Of a stretch of DNA of 64,000 nt, positions 52,444-63,825 are shown one piece after another (position 1 is the stretch's first letter; each line of letters starts with the position of its first letter). Position numbers and translations under genes: made by a program. The DNA comes from Lytechinus pictus (Eukaryota): positions 11,718,001-11,782,000 of the forward strand of contig NC_087246.1 in the NCBI RefSeq assembly GCF_037042905.1, given 5' to 3'. The notes under the pieces are model-generated. The model ran no database searches. It had not been told where the DNA came from and saw nothing but the letters and a program-made list of their open reading frames with translations.

Positions 52444-54004
52444 CACTACTCAAAAAAAGTTAAGGACCACTTTTTAAAACGTACATAAAGATTTTATACA
52501 AGGTGTTTTATTTCTGGAAATACCTCAGTACAACTGTCCTAAATGTCCTTAAACACGCTGTGATCAATTTCACGCATGGGTGGTTTCAGTTGTTGCACAA
52601 TGTCTCTCGCATCACTGCACATCCTGAAAAGTGGGCCCCGAGGGGTATCAGCTACCGACATGAAGTGGTAAAAACGAATGTCTGAGTGTCTTTCAGGCAG
52701 TTCAGTAACGAGTGTGACCACCTCCTGCAGCAATAACGGCTTCACAGCGCTGTCTCATGGAGCTGATGAGGCGATTGATGTCTCTGACGTCCAGTGCATC
52801 CCATGCAGCCTCCAGAGCCACACCCAGCTGCTGCAGTCCAAGTGGATGGGCTTCGAGCTGCTCGAGACTCCTCCCCATCATGTCCCAGACGTGCTCTATC
52901 GGGTTTAAGTCCGGGGACCTCGCTGGCCACTCCATACGCTCAATCCCCTGGCCCTCAAGGAACTCGGTCACCACCCTAGCTCGGTGGGCACGGGCATTGT
53001 CATCCATGAAAATGATGTTTTGTCCCACATTTTCTGCAAATGGCACCACTATAGGTTCAAGGACCTCATCCCTGTACCTCACTCCTGTCATTGCTCCCCC
53101 TGGGACCACGTAGAGACGAGTACGGTTGGCGTAGGTGATGCCTCCCCACACCATGACGCTGCCTCCCCCATAACGGTCATGTTCTGCAATACAGGGGTCT
53201 GCAAATCTCTCTCCTGGTCGCCTCCAGACTCTCGAACGTCCATCATTGTGGTCAAGGGAAAATCTGCTCTCATCTGTGAACAGAACTCTACGCCATTGCT
53301 GTCTGGTCCATCTGACATGCTCCCGGGCCCAGTTGAGACGAATTCTTCTGTGAGCAGGGGTGAGTGGGACACACTGAGCTGGCCGTCTGGCATGCATATT
53401 GGCTCTGTGAAGTCGGTTACGGATTGTTTGAGTGGAAACAATCACTCCAGTTGCCGCAGCGAAGTCATTGTTGAGGCGGCGTGCACTGTGAAAGCGGTTG
53501 CGGAGGCTGAGATTCGTCAAGTAGCGATCATCTCTAGGGGTTGTCGAAACTGGTCGGCCACTGCGGGGTCTCTCGGAGTATAGCCCTGTCTCTCGGTGTC
53601 TTTGATTTGCTCTGCTAATGACACTGTGTGACACGCCCATCATTCTGGCTACTCTTCGCTGACTGAGGCCAGCTTCCAGCATCCCTAGGGCTCTGGCTAC
53701 ATCTGTTTCACTTAGGTGGTGTCTTGGCATTGCTGTTGTAGGCAAGTTGTTGATTGTAGAGACTAAAGACAGAAAATGCATTTGAATCCACATTTGTACC
53801 ACTTCACAATGGGCCCACTTTTCAGGATATGCAATAATGCGAGAGACATCATGCAACAACTGAAACCACCCATGTGTGAAATTGTTACAGGGTGTTTGAG
53901 GAGATTCAAGACAGCCATATTCGGGTATTTCTAGAAATACAACACCCGGTTTGAAAATTGTATACACACATTAAAAAGTGGTCCTTAACTTTTTTTGAGT
54001 AGTG
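52444..54004 (-). mobile_element. Full-length Tc1-family DNA transposon (1561 bp)
   Basis: TA duplication. Perfect outer TIR CACTACTCAAAAAAAGTTAAGGACCACTTTTT, with imperfect inverted similarity to ~195 bp. Intact transposase inside. Confidence 0.96.
52702..53730 (-). CDS. Tc1 DD34E transposase, 342 aa, intact
   Basis: Starts MPRHHLSE with a paired-like HTH, then RSGRP, VLFTDESRF, VMVWGGI, FMDDNARAH-...-SPDLNPIEHVW. There are 34 residues between the second D and the E. Confidence 0.95.
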   Translation of the reverse strand: MPRHHLSETDVARALGMLEAGLSQRRVARMMGVSHSVISRANQRHRETGLYSERPRSGRPVSTTPRDDRYLTNLSLRNRFHSARRLNNDFAAATGVIVSTQTIRNRLHRANMHARRPAQCVPLTPAHRRIRLNWAREHVRWTRQQWRRVLFTDESRFSLDHNDGRSRVWRRPGERFADPCIAEHDRYGGGSVMVWGGITYANRTRLYVVPGGAMTGVRYRDEVLEPIVVPFAENVGQNIIFMDDNARAHRARVVTEFLEGQGIERMEWPARSPDLNPIEHVWDMMGRSLEQLEAHPLGLQQLGVALEAAWDALDVRDINRLISSMRQRCEAVIAAGGGHTRY

Positions 54005-55023
54005 TATTAATCACAATTCTTATACGGTATGGTACAATTTGACTTTATATGGGAGTGGGTGATTAACAGTATGCCATTAGAAATAGGACCAAGGGACATG
54101 AAATGTGGTTTTATGGTCCACTTTTTTTTAAATGTGTGGAGGTACATGGGTGATGAGTGATATTAAAGTATGCTTTCCCAGCCTTGGTAATAACCCCCGT
54201 CTTATTACGGTTTCAGGAGACCTTGAAAGAGAGTGCCAAATCACTAGAAACTGGCAATATTATATGATTCATTTAAATTTATTTAAATTTAAACTAAAAA
54301 AATACAAATAAAACTGCCTCTTAACATTACCAAATGATGATTGGCCTTGTTTTCAGAAGCCAATAACATTATTAATTCATTTAGGGATTCCTGTGTACCA
54401 TTTGGGGCCCCTGTTGGACTGATTCTTATCAAATTTAGACTGTGGTTGTTATCACGTTCTGCTGAAATATGAAAATGAAATGATTTGGTACTTGTTGCAA
54501 GTGGTGATGAATTCTTCAGCATCAGTTAGATTATCTGACTCCGTATATCTGAGACATACCGAGACAAAGCTCAGCAATATTTTTCATAGTATTGAAGAAT
54601 ATAAGACAATCACTTGACTTACTTAACAGACATTATTGTAAAAAAATGTATGCTTCAAACCTACAAACATTTAAAGTTGTGTAGACAATCTAAGGACATT
54701 AGAGTGATGTAGTTATGTTATGAACTTTGATTATAAGGAATTCAGCATGATGTTGTGAGTTTGCCCCTAACTTTTTTAACATTATCAATTTACTCTGCAC
54801 TAATTTCATTAAAGAATCTGAATGGACAAGTCTTGTGATGCGTTGTGACAAAAAAACATGTCGCTTTAATAGGCAGAAGACATTTTGTTTAAATTGACTT
54901 AGTACACAAGAACGTTGTCAAGTTTTGTTGCTGTGAACATTATGCAATGAATCTGGCAATGCACTACGCACAATATCAGTACTTAGATCTAACTGGAACA
55001 ATATGCTTGAATATAAATATTAC

Positions 55024-56890
55024 CTGATGTTGAGGCTTGTTCTGAATCTTTCCTTTCTCCACCAGAACTTGTTGAAGAAATAGGATTTGAACTGTCCACT
55101 TCTTGCTTGAGTTTCCCTAAAATAAATTATAATTCTAAGATTTTTTTTTTTTTTAATTTCAGGATCCAATATTATATCCATACAGATGAGATTTTATAAA
55201 ATGTTGAGCAATTGTTACAACACTATGTACGTGTTACTGTTTTCTTCCAGATATCAGTAAGCACTATATTCACTGAAAAGAGGGGATATTTCACAAGTCA
55301 AAATACACATAAAGCCTAGTCTACTTAGGATTAAAGAGCAAATTGACAGTACATTGATAAGCCAGGAGCTGAAATAAAGGAGAAATGCACCTTGTTGATC
55401 TCTTCAGCTTAATAATACAAAAACATCAGCTCCAAATAGAACTATATATTTGAGGAGGAAAATACATTCTTTTTACCATATTACATACACAAGGGCATTT
55501 TCAGAAAGAGATAATGGAAAATTTATCTATTTTAACCATTGCTTTGGAAATGAAATTACATGTTTACACTTTGTTCAAAGACAGGTCCCTAAATAAAGAC
55601 ATTGTAATATCTATATTTCAATCTTCATCTGAAGAAGTACCTTTCACAAACATGTTATTTATAACAAGCCAGTGAGGACTGCATCAGCCTCCACACCCAG
55701 TTTTAGTAGGGTTTAACTCTTAATATGCCATCAGAAAATAAGCTCCATAGACTTTATGTGATACCAATGGGTAACTAGGGCATGATGACATTAATACAAA
55801 TACAATGTACCTTCTCGACTCGGTGGAACAAGATTTTCACAAGTCTCTCCTGAAGGTTCTTGCTTGATGTAGATTTTGGTTGAAAGGTGTGTTACTTCAT
55901 CTGAAATGCCATCTGTGTTTGAAACCATCCCGTCTTGTTCTCCCTTGATGATAACCTCTATGACAGATGGATTTGTTTTGTCGCTCAACTGTATGGATCT
56001 TTTTTCATTTTCTTGCACTCCTTTTACTGATTGGGTAGAATCTTCCGAGTTAGTATTCAAAGACAGCATCTTTTGCTTGACCTGCACTCCTAGGAATGAC
56101 TGAACCCTTTTCTCTGAGCTGGCATTAGAAGGTAATGGAGTATGTACAGTTCCATCTTCAGCCTCAAGCTTGATCTGCACTCCTATGACTGACTCTACAG
56201 TTTCTTCTAATAGATTATGTAAGGTCCTCATTTCATCCTTTCCTATTAGACTTACATGCCCTGAAAAGAGAGAAAAGAGCTTGTTACTTGCCATTACACT
56301 TACAAGAAAGGTAAAGACAAAGGCCATGGGGTTGTTGTGACATTTCACAATTGATGCATTTGTATCATATCGCTCTGCCATTTTGCAAGAACATAACACG
56401 AATCCTAATAACTATAAATGGGAGGAATGTCTCTGGTAATCACCAATGGTCGACTGAGGAACAGAAATAAATATTTTGTTCAAATACAAAGAAGCATTTT
56501 TTGTGATTTCCAAAAGTACAGATAACAAATAATGGACATTATATTTTATATTATCCGAAATGTTTAAATACAAAGAAGCATTTCTTTGTAATTTCAAAAA
56601 GTAAACATAACAGATTGTGGACATTTTGGATATTATGAGGACGACATCATCCTCAGCACATGTGCTCTTCTTTGGGGGGGGGTTGCAATATATTTAGTGT
56701 TGATGAAAACAAGAATATGACATGACAAATGAAGAGGCAACACTGGCAGCTGGCTAAAGAATTGTTATCTTCAAAATTTGAATATTATCCTCTAGTGTTT
56801 GATGATGATACCTTCATTTGGCTTCAAACTTAAATCTGTATTAGTGTGCCTCTCTTCTTTCTCTGGTGCTTCTTGCTTGATCCTGATCAT
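55024..56890 (-). CDS. Shared 5' coding exons (56890/56908-56812, 56260-55811, 55116-55024) of the zinc-finger / recombinase locus; low-complexity N-terminus with repeated psi-K-x-E motifs
   Basis: GT-AG exons all end in phase 1. ATG in ACCAACATGA context at 56890. Motifs IKQE, IKLE, IKGE, IKQE, LKQE. A possible extra small exon begins at 54461. Confidence 0.75.
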
Positions 56891-57174
56891 GTTGGTGTCA
56901 TCTGTAACCTGTTGAAAAAAAAGGCATGAAGGTGAAGCTGATTCAAGGTAAAGAGCAGTGGCAGCTGATTAATGATGATTTCATTGTGTAGATTTTTTAA
57001 TAAAAGTAATTCGTTAAAAGAAACTTAACCACTCTCCTGGACGGATTCATTTTTCCCCCTTTTCCATTCGCAGTCGTGTATTTAGAAAAGGAATGCCAGA
57101 ATAAAGTCTGCAAGGAAAATCGGTGAGATTTATAAATTTTCTTGTAATTGATCTTAACCCAGCCCGTTATCCTG

Positions 57175-57929
57175 GGGCCGTATTCTGAAAATTGTCTTAA
57201 GAGAAATATTCTTGTATCTTTGGAGTTACAATAAAATCCGTATTCTGAAAATTCTTGTATCTTTTCTTGTAACTTACACTGAGCGCGTATGTCAGAGCTA
57301 TAATGATGCGTAAGTTAAAAACGGCGCCTAAATATCTATGTGTGCAAGATTACATATCAAGATAATAGGTATTCTGAAAATTCTCTTATCTTTGCGTTCC
57401 GTTAACTTCCTTGCAAAAATACAAGAAAATTTACAAGAGGTACGGGGCTATTGTAACTTAATGTTGCATGCGATATTTCTCGATCAAAAATAATAATTTC
57501 TTGCTGCATCCCGCAAGAAAGAACATCATGCTTTACTGCATTCTGAAGACATTACAGAGACGGATTGGTAGACTTTTCAGCAATTAAAAATTGGTAAAGA
57601 AAATATGACTCTGAGATCAGCCACGTGTATTTTTAGCAGTGGCGCACATGCATAAGCGTCGGGGGCGCAAGGGAAATACACCTCATGTCAACAATGCGCT
57701 TATAATATTATTCAGAAGAGACACTTCTATTGGTTGGCCTAAGCATATAACAACTTTAATGATTGATTGATCATCATTGATGACAGAATGTTGGGCGTGT
57801 CAGAGATAAAAAAGGGGACGTCCTTACAGAGATAAGACAATTTTCAGAATACCCATTTAAGACAATTTTAGCGAGCTGTTTGCTTGCTAAGTTACATGAA
57901 AAGTTAAGACAATTTTCAGAATACCACCC
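57175..57929. mobile_element. PIF/Harbinger-like MITE with subterminal repeats
   Basis: CTG|GGGCCGTATTCTGAAAATTGTCTTAA ... TTAAGACAATTTTCAGAATACCACCC|CTG. GTATTCTGAAAATT is repeated at both ends. Confidence 0.8.
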
Positions 57930-58356
57930 CTGGTCACCCAAGGGTTCATTACATGCCGCCACGCACAGAAAAATAAAGCCATAGAAGTCATGTGTTGTGG
58001 ACACCAGAAGTGGGATCCCAGCATGCGCGACCCACTAGTTCGAAATCCACTACCAAACGCGGTTCATGGTGCGAGGTTAGTATACTAATACTTAGACCAA
58101 AAGCTTCAGTCTCTGTTATGTTGGTTGTTCCGCTGAACTCCGTTGGCTCCACTCACCAAATACAGAGACCAAAGTTCTAGCTCGATCTGTACAGGGACTC
58201 AATGGCCATATGTTTATGTATTAAGTTCGGATAAAACAGGGAAGTGAAGTTGCGCGACAGCCGAAGTAAATCACTGTTTTTCACCTTATAAGTTTATTTT
58301 TCCCCGTTTTGGTGCGTTTCAGGCCAAAACGGAATAATAATCTTTTTTTTGGTCTA

Positions 58357-59818
58357 GGGTCATTCCATGCCAATTCACCCAATGAATGTGCAATTTTGCA
58401 CCCGACCCTCTCGGAATTCGTTGTAAATTGGTAAACATAAAATTCACCATGGCCCACGCACAAAACAAAAAAAATAAGTCAAATTGGTCCGTCGGTTCTC
58501 GCGCTACGGCCCGCCCTTTTCTCCTTGTTTTGACAAAAATGGGCGTGACCTTCAACTTTCAATGGCCACTGCGTTGTAACGTGTTGACCAATTTTCATGA
58601 AACTGGTACCATTTATTAGGAAATTCAGAGAGGAATCCAAAACATGCATCAAAAAATGTATTGGAGCGATTTATAAGGTCGTGACCTTTGACCTTTACTC
58701 TGACCTTGAGTTTGACCCCCGGACAAATAATTTTTTTACTTGATTTTCGTGTATGTTAATTATTAGTATGATATTGACAAAATATGTTAAAATCAATGAT
58801 GATATTTTATTTCTTCACCTTTTAAAACTCTTCCAAAGATACCATGAAATTTCACTCTAGTCCTACATACTGATATTCATGTTAGTAAAGTGTTTACCAG
58901 TTACATGATTTCTTCCAATCTTAAGTTACAGTATGCATGCACATGAAAAGAAATTAAGCTCATCAGTTCACAAATGAAACATTAAACATTTATGCTCATG
59001 AATAGGTATCTGTTTAGGCATTTTGATGTTCAGCAATATATATCATATATATATATGTATTCTTGTTAGTAAATAGGCATATACTCAACAATTTGATGAT
59101 AAAAGTAAACACTTTACTAAGAAGAATATATATATATATGATATATATTGCTGAACATCAAAATGCCTAAACAGATACCTATTCATGAGCATAAATGTTT
59201 AATGTTTCATTTGTGAACTGATGAGCTTAATTTCATTTTATGTGTTTGCATACTGTAACTTAAGATTGGAAGAAATCATGTAACTGGTAAACACTTTTAC
59301 TAACATGAATATTAGTATGTGGGACTAGAGTGAAATTTCTTGGTATCTTTGGAAGAGTTTTAAAAGGTGAAGAAATAAAATATCATCATTGGTTTTTACA
59401 TATTTTGTCAATATCATACAAATAATTAACACACACGAAAATCAAGTTAAAAAATTATTTGTCCGGGGGTCAAACTCAAGGTCAAAGTAAAGGTCAAGGG
59501 TCACGACCTTATAAATCGCTCCAATACATTATTTGATGCATGTTTTGGATTCCTCTCTGAATTTCCTAATAAATGGTACCAGTTTCATGAAAATTGGTCA
59601 ACACGTTACGACGCAGTGGCCATTGAAAGTTGAAGGTCACGCCCATTTTTGTCAAAACAAGGAGAAAAGGGCGGGCCGTAGCGCGAGAACTGATGGACCA
59701 ATTGGACTTATTTTTTTTGTTTTGTACGTGGGCCATGGTGAATTTTATGTGTACCAAATTACAACGAATTCTGAGACGGTCGGGTGCAACCCCTGGGTGA
59801 ATCCAGATGGAATGACCC
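58357..59818. mobile_element. Foldback non-autonomous DNA transposon with ~715-bp arms (Sola2-like termini)
   Basis: TCTA|GGGTCATTCCA ... TGGAATGACCC|TCTA (4-bp TSD). The arms are highly similar inverted copies separated by a ~40-bp spacer near 59074-59112. Confidence 0.88.
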
Positions 59819-59989
59819 TCTAGTTCTTTTTATATATTTTTATGAAATAAACTAAAGACAAAAATCGATGTGCCCCGTCGGTGGGATTTTGCATTGTTTA
59901 CCCCCTAATGGTGGCTGCACGATAGTGAGCCGTCTGTGTACGAGGATAATTTTTTTTTTTAATGTTAAAAAACTCCTCGAAGCTGTCTA

Positions 59990-60247
59990 ACTAATACTAA
60001 CCTCGCAATACGTGTGAGTGCCCCTGGTAAGATAAGAGTTCTTTTTATGGCAACCACCCAAACTTTGAAGAAAAAAAAGAAAGAAATATTTAGGGAAATA
60101 TGCAGGACCAATTCTAATGTAAATTCATCCAAGTGGGGAGGGGGGGGGGACAAGGTTTATAAACTTTGGTTACATACCTTGTACTAGCCAGCAAACTACG
60201 TTTCATGTCGTTAGACACTCATACGTGTTGCGAGGATAGTATTAGTA
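59990..60247. mobile_element. Small MITE
   Basis: ACTAATACTAACCTCGCAATACGTGTGAGTG / CACTCATACGTGTTGCGAGGATAGTATTAGT inverted ends. Confidence 0.6.
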
Positions 60248-60319
60248 CTGGTCGTTAGACTTAGATCTCAATTTGGCTTTTAAAATTAGACTTAGGACTT
60301 CAGTGGAACTGATGGTGCA

Positions 60320-61285
60320 CCGGGGGGGGGGGGGGGGGGGGGGTACTCGACCAAAAAAGTGGTAGGTATGTGCCGCGGGCGAGACAAAAAACCGGGGGCC
60401 TTGCATGGAGCGGACTTATTGTAAAAAGGAAGGTCCTCGGAACGGGCTTCGGAACTGTTTGTGAAAACGGGGGTCCTTGGAACGGGTCCCCTGCGTGTGC
60501 ATCCCTATGGAACGGGCATACGTGTATATGCAGCAGGGGCCGCGGAACCGGGGGGGCTTCAGCCCCCCCCCCCCACTTTTTTCCAAAACCGTGTACAAAA
60601 ACGACCATATGATCGTGAGTTTTTGCATGGTCAGCCCCCCCACTTTGAAAACCGTTCCGCGGCCCCTGTGCAGCGCTAGCCCAGCGGCACGGGCGCCGGG
60701 TGCACTAGCGCAGAGGCGATGAGCGCTCTACGGCCGCTTTTCACCAAAAAGGCAAAATTGCAGCTCATTGACATTGTGCCATTTGTGGCGGATCAATGCG
60801 ACCCGACCGCCGTAACGAAAAATATGCGAAGCTTTGGAGCGGATTTCTTTCTTCTTTTCTCTCCAAAGAAGAAAATGCTATGCTTCGGAGGCGGAGCAGC
60901 TTTCTTAGTTCTTTTTCTCAAAATGAAAATGCTATGCCTATGCCCTGGAACGGAAATTTGAGTGTAAAAATGGGGGTCCCCTCCGCGGCAGTTATGTTGT
61001 GTGAGTCACGTCAGTGACAGTGGTCTTATATACCAATACCCACTATTGACTTAGACAGGAATAACCGTCGTTTCTGGGGATTTATTCAACAATTTCTGAC
61101 ATTTTACTTTAATCCCCATTAGCCAACGCAGTTCAGCGGAACAACCAAAATACAGAGACTGAAGCTTTTGGTCTAGGGAGCCAACGCAGTTCAGCGGAAC
61201 AACCAAAATACAGAGACTGAAGCTTTTGGTCTACTATTGACTATGACTATGCATTATAAATATACTGAGTGCCCCCCGGGCCGGG
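60320..61285. mobile_element. GC-rich CCGGGG-terminated element with a nested MITE (60534-60668)
   Basis: Ends CCGGGGGG..GTACTC / GAGTGCCCCCCGG, with GGTGCACC on both flanks. The nested CAGGGGCCGCGGAAC / GTTCCGCGGCCCCTG is flanked by TGCAG. Confidence 0.55.
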
Positions 61286-61368
61286 GGTGCACCGCAGTTT
61301 TGATAAAATGTTACACTTACAAAATAATACAATCTCTCGATCACATTTCAACCACTCATCCTACGAAC

Positions 61369-61441
61369 TAACCCAGGCCCAGGGAGCTCCGGCCCGCGCA
61401 GCGGGGCGCTGCGCGGGCCGGAGCTCCCTGGGCCTGGGTTA
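61369..61441. mobile_element. 73-bp perfect hairpin mini-MITE with 9-bp target-site duplication
   Basis: 35-bp perfect arms, GGG loop, and CCTACGAAC on both sides (61360-61368, 61442-61450). Confidence 0.9.
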
Positions 61442-61649
61442 CCTACGAACGAGGTTAATAATATGATTTCAACAGGCCACTGCTTGGTAACTTTTTGGTT
61501 TATATCTTTACCCGAGATTCTGGAAGAGTCCTCTGTTACCTGTCAAAATAACAGCCTTCTTGTGGTTTGTATGGTGTTACTCTCTGTTCAATATCACTCA
61601 TGCACAAGCTTTGAACGGACAAAAAAAGCAAGAGGAAGGAAGGGAATGG

Positions 61650-62400
61650 CAAACGATCGAGTCATCACGAGAGCTTATTTTACCGGTACGAAAAAAAAAA
61701 AATATTGACGTGACGTGCATGACGCGCGCGACGCCGCGCCGACGACGGCGCACCCAGGCCCTCTACGTTCATTACCGTAAATGTCCTTGACCTTAATCGA
61801 TCGGGGAACCCCTTAATCATCCAACCGGTACCAACAACAACATTAACAACAACGACCTTAATCAATATCTTCAATTTTGTTCGACATCATCGGAAAGGAA
61901 AGATAGAACGCTATCTAACTTCGGTACGGTACTAGAACTAGAAAGCAAGAACAACAATTCGGTAAGCAACATCTCAAAAATATCCCTTGATACTCGGACC
62001 GCGCTTAACGTTAGACTTAAAGTAGGGACCCCAATGAAGACAAACAAACAAAAATCTCCTTCGTTTTATAATATTAAAATCACTTACTTGATTAAAATAA
62101 GTGGTACTAAACCATTCAGACAAGTCTTGTTATTCCAACATGTAAATTAAATTAGAAAAAAAGGGTTCAAACTTGGCCCAAAACGTTCAATTTCCCCATT
62201 GACTCCGTCCGCGCTGCTTTGTGTCAATAAAGCTTTGCGGCCAGTTTTAGACAGTTTGGGACGGAGACAGCTGCGCGAAAATATCAGGTGATCGCTGGCG
62301 CATCGCGTAAGTCCGATGACCCCAAAATATAGTCTTATAAAAGACGTCGCTGTCCCGCGCCGTTATTCAATAAATGATCTCGGTCCCGAAATATTTCCAC
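61650..62400. promoter_or_regulatory. CpG-rich putative promoter / first exon of the zinc-finger-recombinase locus
   Basis: Strong CpG enrichment, TGACGTGACGT (CRE-like) at ~61706, minus-strand GTAAGT donor at 62087 and plus-strand G|GTAAGC at 61962. Confidence 0.4.
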
Positions 62401-62769
62401 CCAGTTAAAGTCACTTTTAATGTACGTCCATCGAACATTGATAGAACAGAAAGAAAGCGTGAGTGAGTCAAGGAAATGAGAGAAAACAGAGAGGGAAAAG
62501 TAGTATTTAAATTGTTTTCAGATATTGCTTGTGTGCCATTTATTTGTGAAGTCATCAAGCTCGAAGAAGAGCAGAATGCAGATATTTTTATTGTTAGATT
62601 ATTGTTGCATTGTTATGATTTGATTCCTTACTAAGTTACTTTAAATTTGATCTAGAGTATGGTGATATTTGACATCTAATTCATCGAACTGATAATCATG
62701 TCATGAGCTCTGTCTCTTAATTTTGGCAACCTACTACCTCGGAACATTTGCTCATGCAAAGGCCGTCCG

Positions 62770-63825
62770 ACGAGTAAAAAAAAACCGCCCGTCTTAACAT
62801 TTTAAATAGCTCCGTGGTTTGAATAAAAATGAATAAAACGGCCGTCGTATAAACAAATGTGACCGAGGTAGAGGCCTGTTGTAGGCTCCAGTGGCGTACG
62901 CGGGGTTGGGGGGGGGGGGGGTGAAGACCAAGTCAAAATAGTGATGATTATTTATTTTTCATTTTTCGATCTTATTACCGCCCCCCAGAAAAAAACCACA
63001 CCTAGCTGTCCTTACCAGATCATTCTCCCACGAGAATATGTTCACCTTTATTGTTCCCACTGAATGTCGACCTTACTCGATCATGTTCTCATATTTCTTT
63101 TTCTCCCCCCCCCCCCCCCCCTCTTCGTACGGAACAAAGAAATACGCTATGGGAGAATGCTCTGGTAGGGACAGCTAGGAGCTCTGTCTTGGGAGTGGGG
63201 GCGTTGAGGGACATTATGGAGGAAAAGAGTCAGTTGTTTGGATTTATATAGGTTATTTTTGTTCCTCTTCCTTTTCTGTTATTTTCTGTAAATGTTTCCT
63301 TTTTATATCAGATACACTACAGTCACATTTGCTCTATGGTGGCAGAACGGTGAATAAAAAAAAACAGCCGTTTTAAAGATTTTAAAAAATAGCTATATCA
63401 TACTAGGTGGGTTGGTTACTAATAGTTTGAATAGAAATGAATAAAACGGCTGTGTTCGACCACCGTACGGCCGCCGTAAATCAGATCAAAATGTGACTGA
63501 GGTGTTACACGCTCGTAAAAATAAGGAAAGAGGGGGGGGGGGTAGAGACAGTTATGATATTTTTATCGATCTGATTACGGTCGCCTTACCTCCCCCCCCC
63601 CAAGAAAAATAAAACTACCTCCCAGTCTCTACCATTAGCATTCTCCCGTGAAATTGTTCCCACTTACGAAGAGGACGGGATGTCGACCTTGCTCATGAAT
63701 GTTTTTTTCCTCGGTAACTGCTATCTTTTTTTTTTTGGGGGGGGGGGGGGAGTGGGGAGGGGGTGTTGAATGACATCATACAGGGTTGAAGGAAAAGTTT
63801 AAGTTAATTGTTGGGATTTTGGGTT
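62770..63825 (+). repeat. Diverged tandem duplication, unit ~600 bp
   Basis: The blocks AATGAATAAAACGGC, AAATGTGAC(C/T)GAGGT, CATTCTCCC and ATGTCGACCTT recur in the same order at ~62770-63250 and ~63350-63825. Confidence 0.65.

Noticed and set aside
52757-53583. Plus-strand ORFs over the transposase (also antisense ORFs over 41067-42866 and 48762-49985)
   Set aside because: They are antisense shadows of real coding sequence and have no independent motifs.
53731-53967. 79-aa extension of the transposase ORF
   Set aside because: It runs through the TIR from a non-ATG start. The typical Tc1 start MPR is at 53730.
58281-59823. Paired similar ORFs on opposite strands
   Set aside because: They arise from the foldback symmetry and have no protein motifs.
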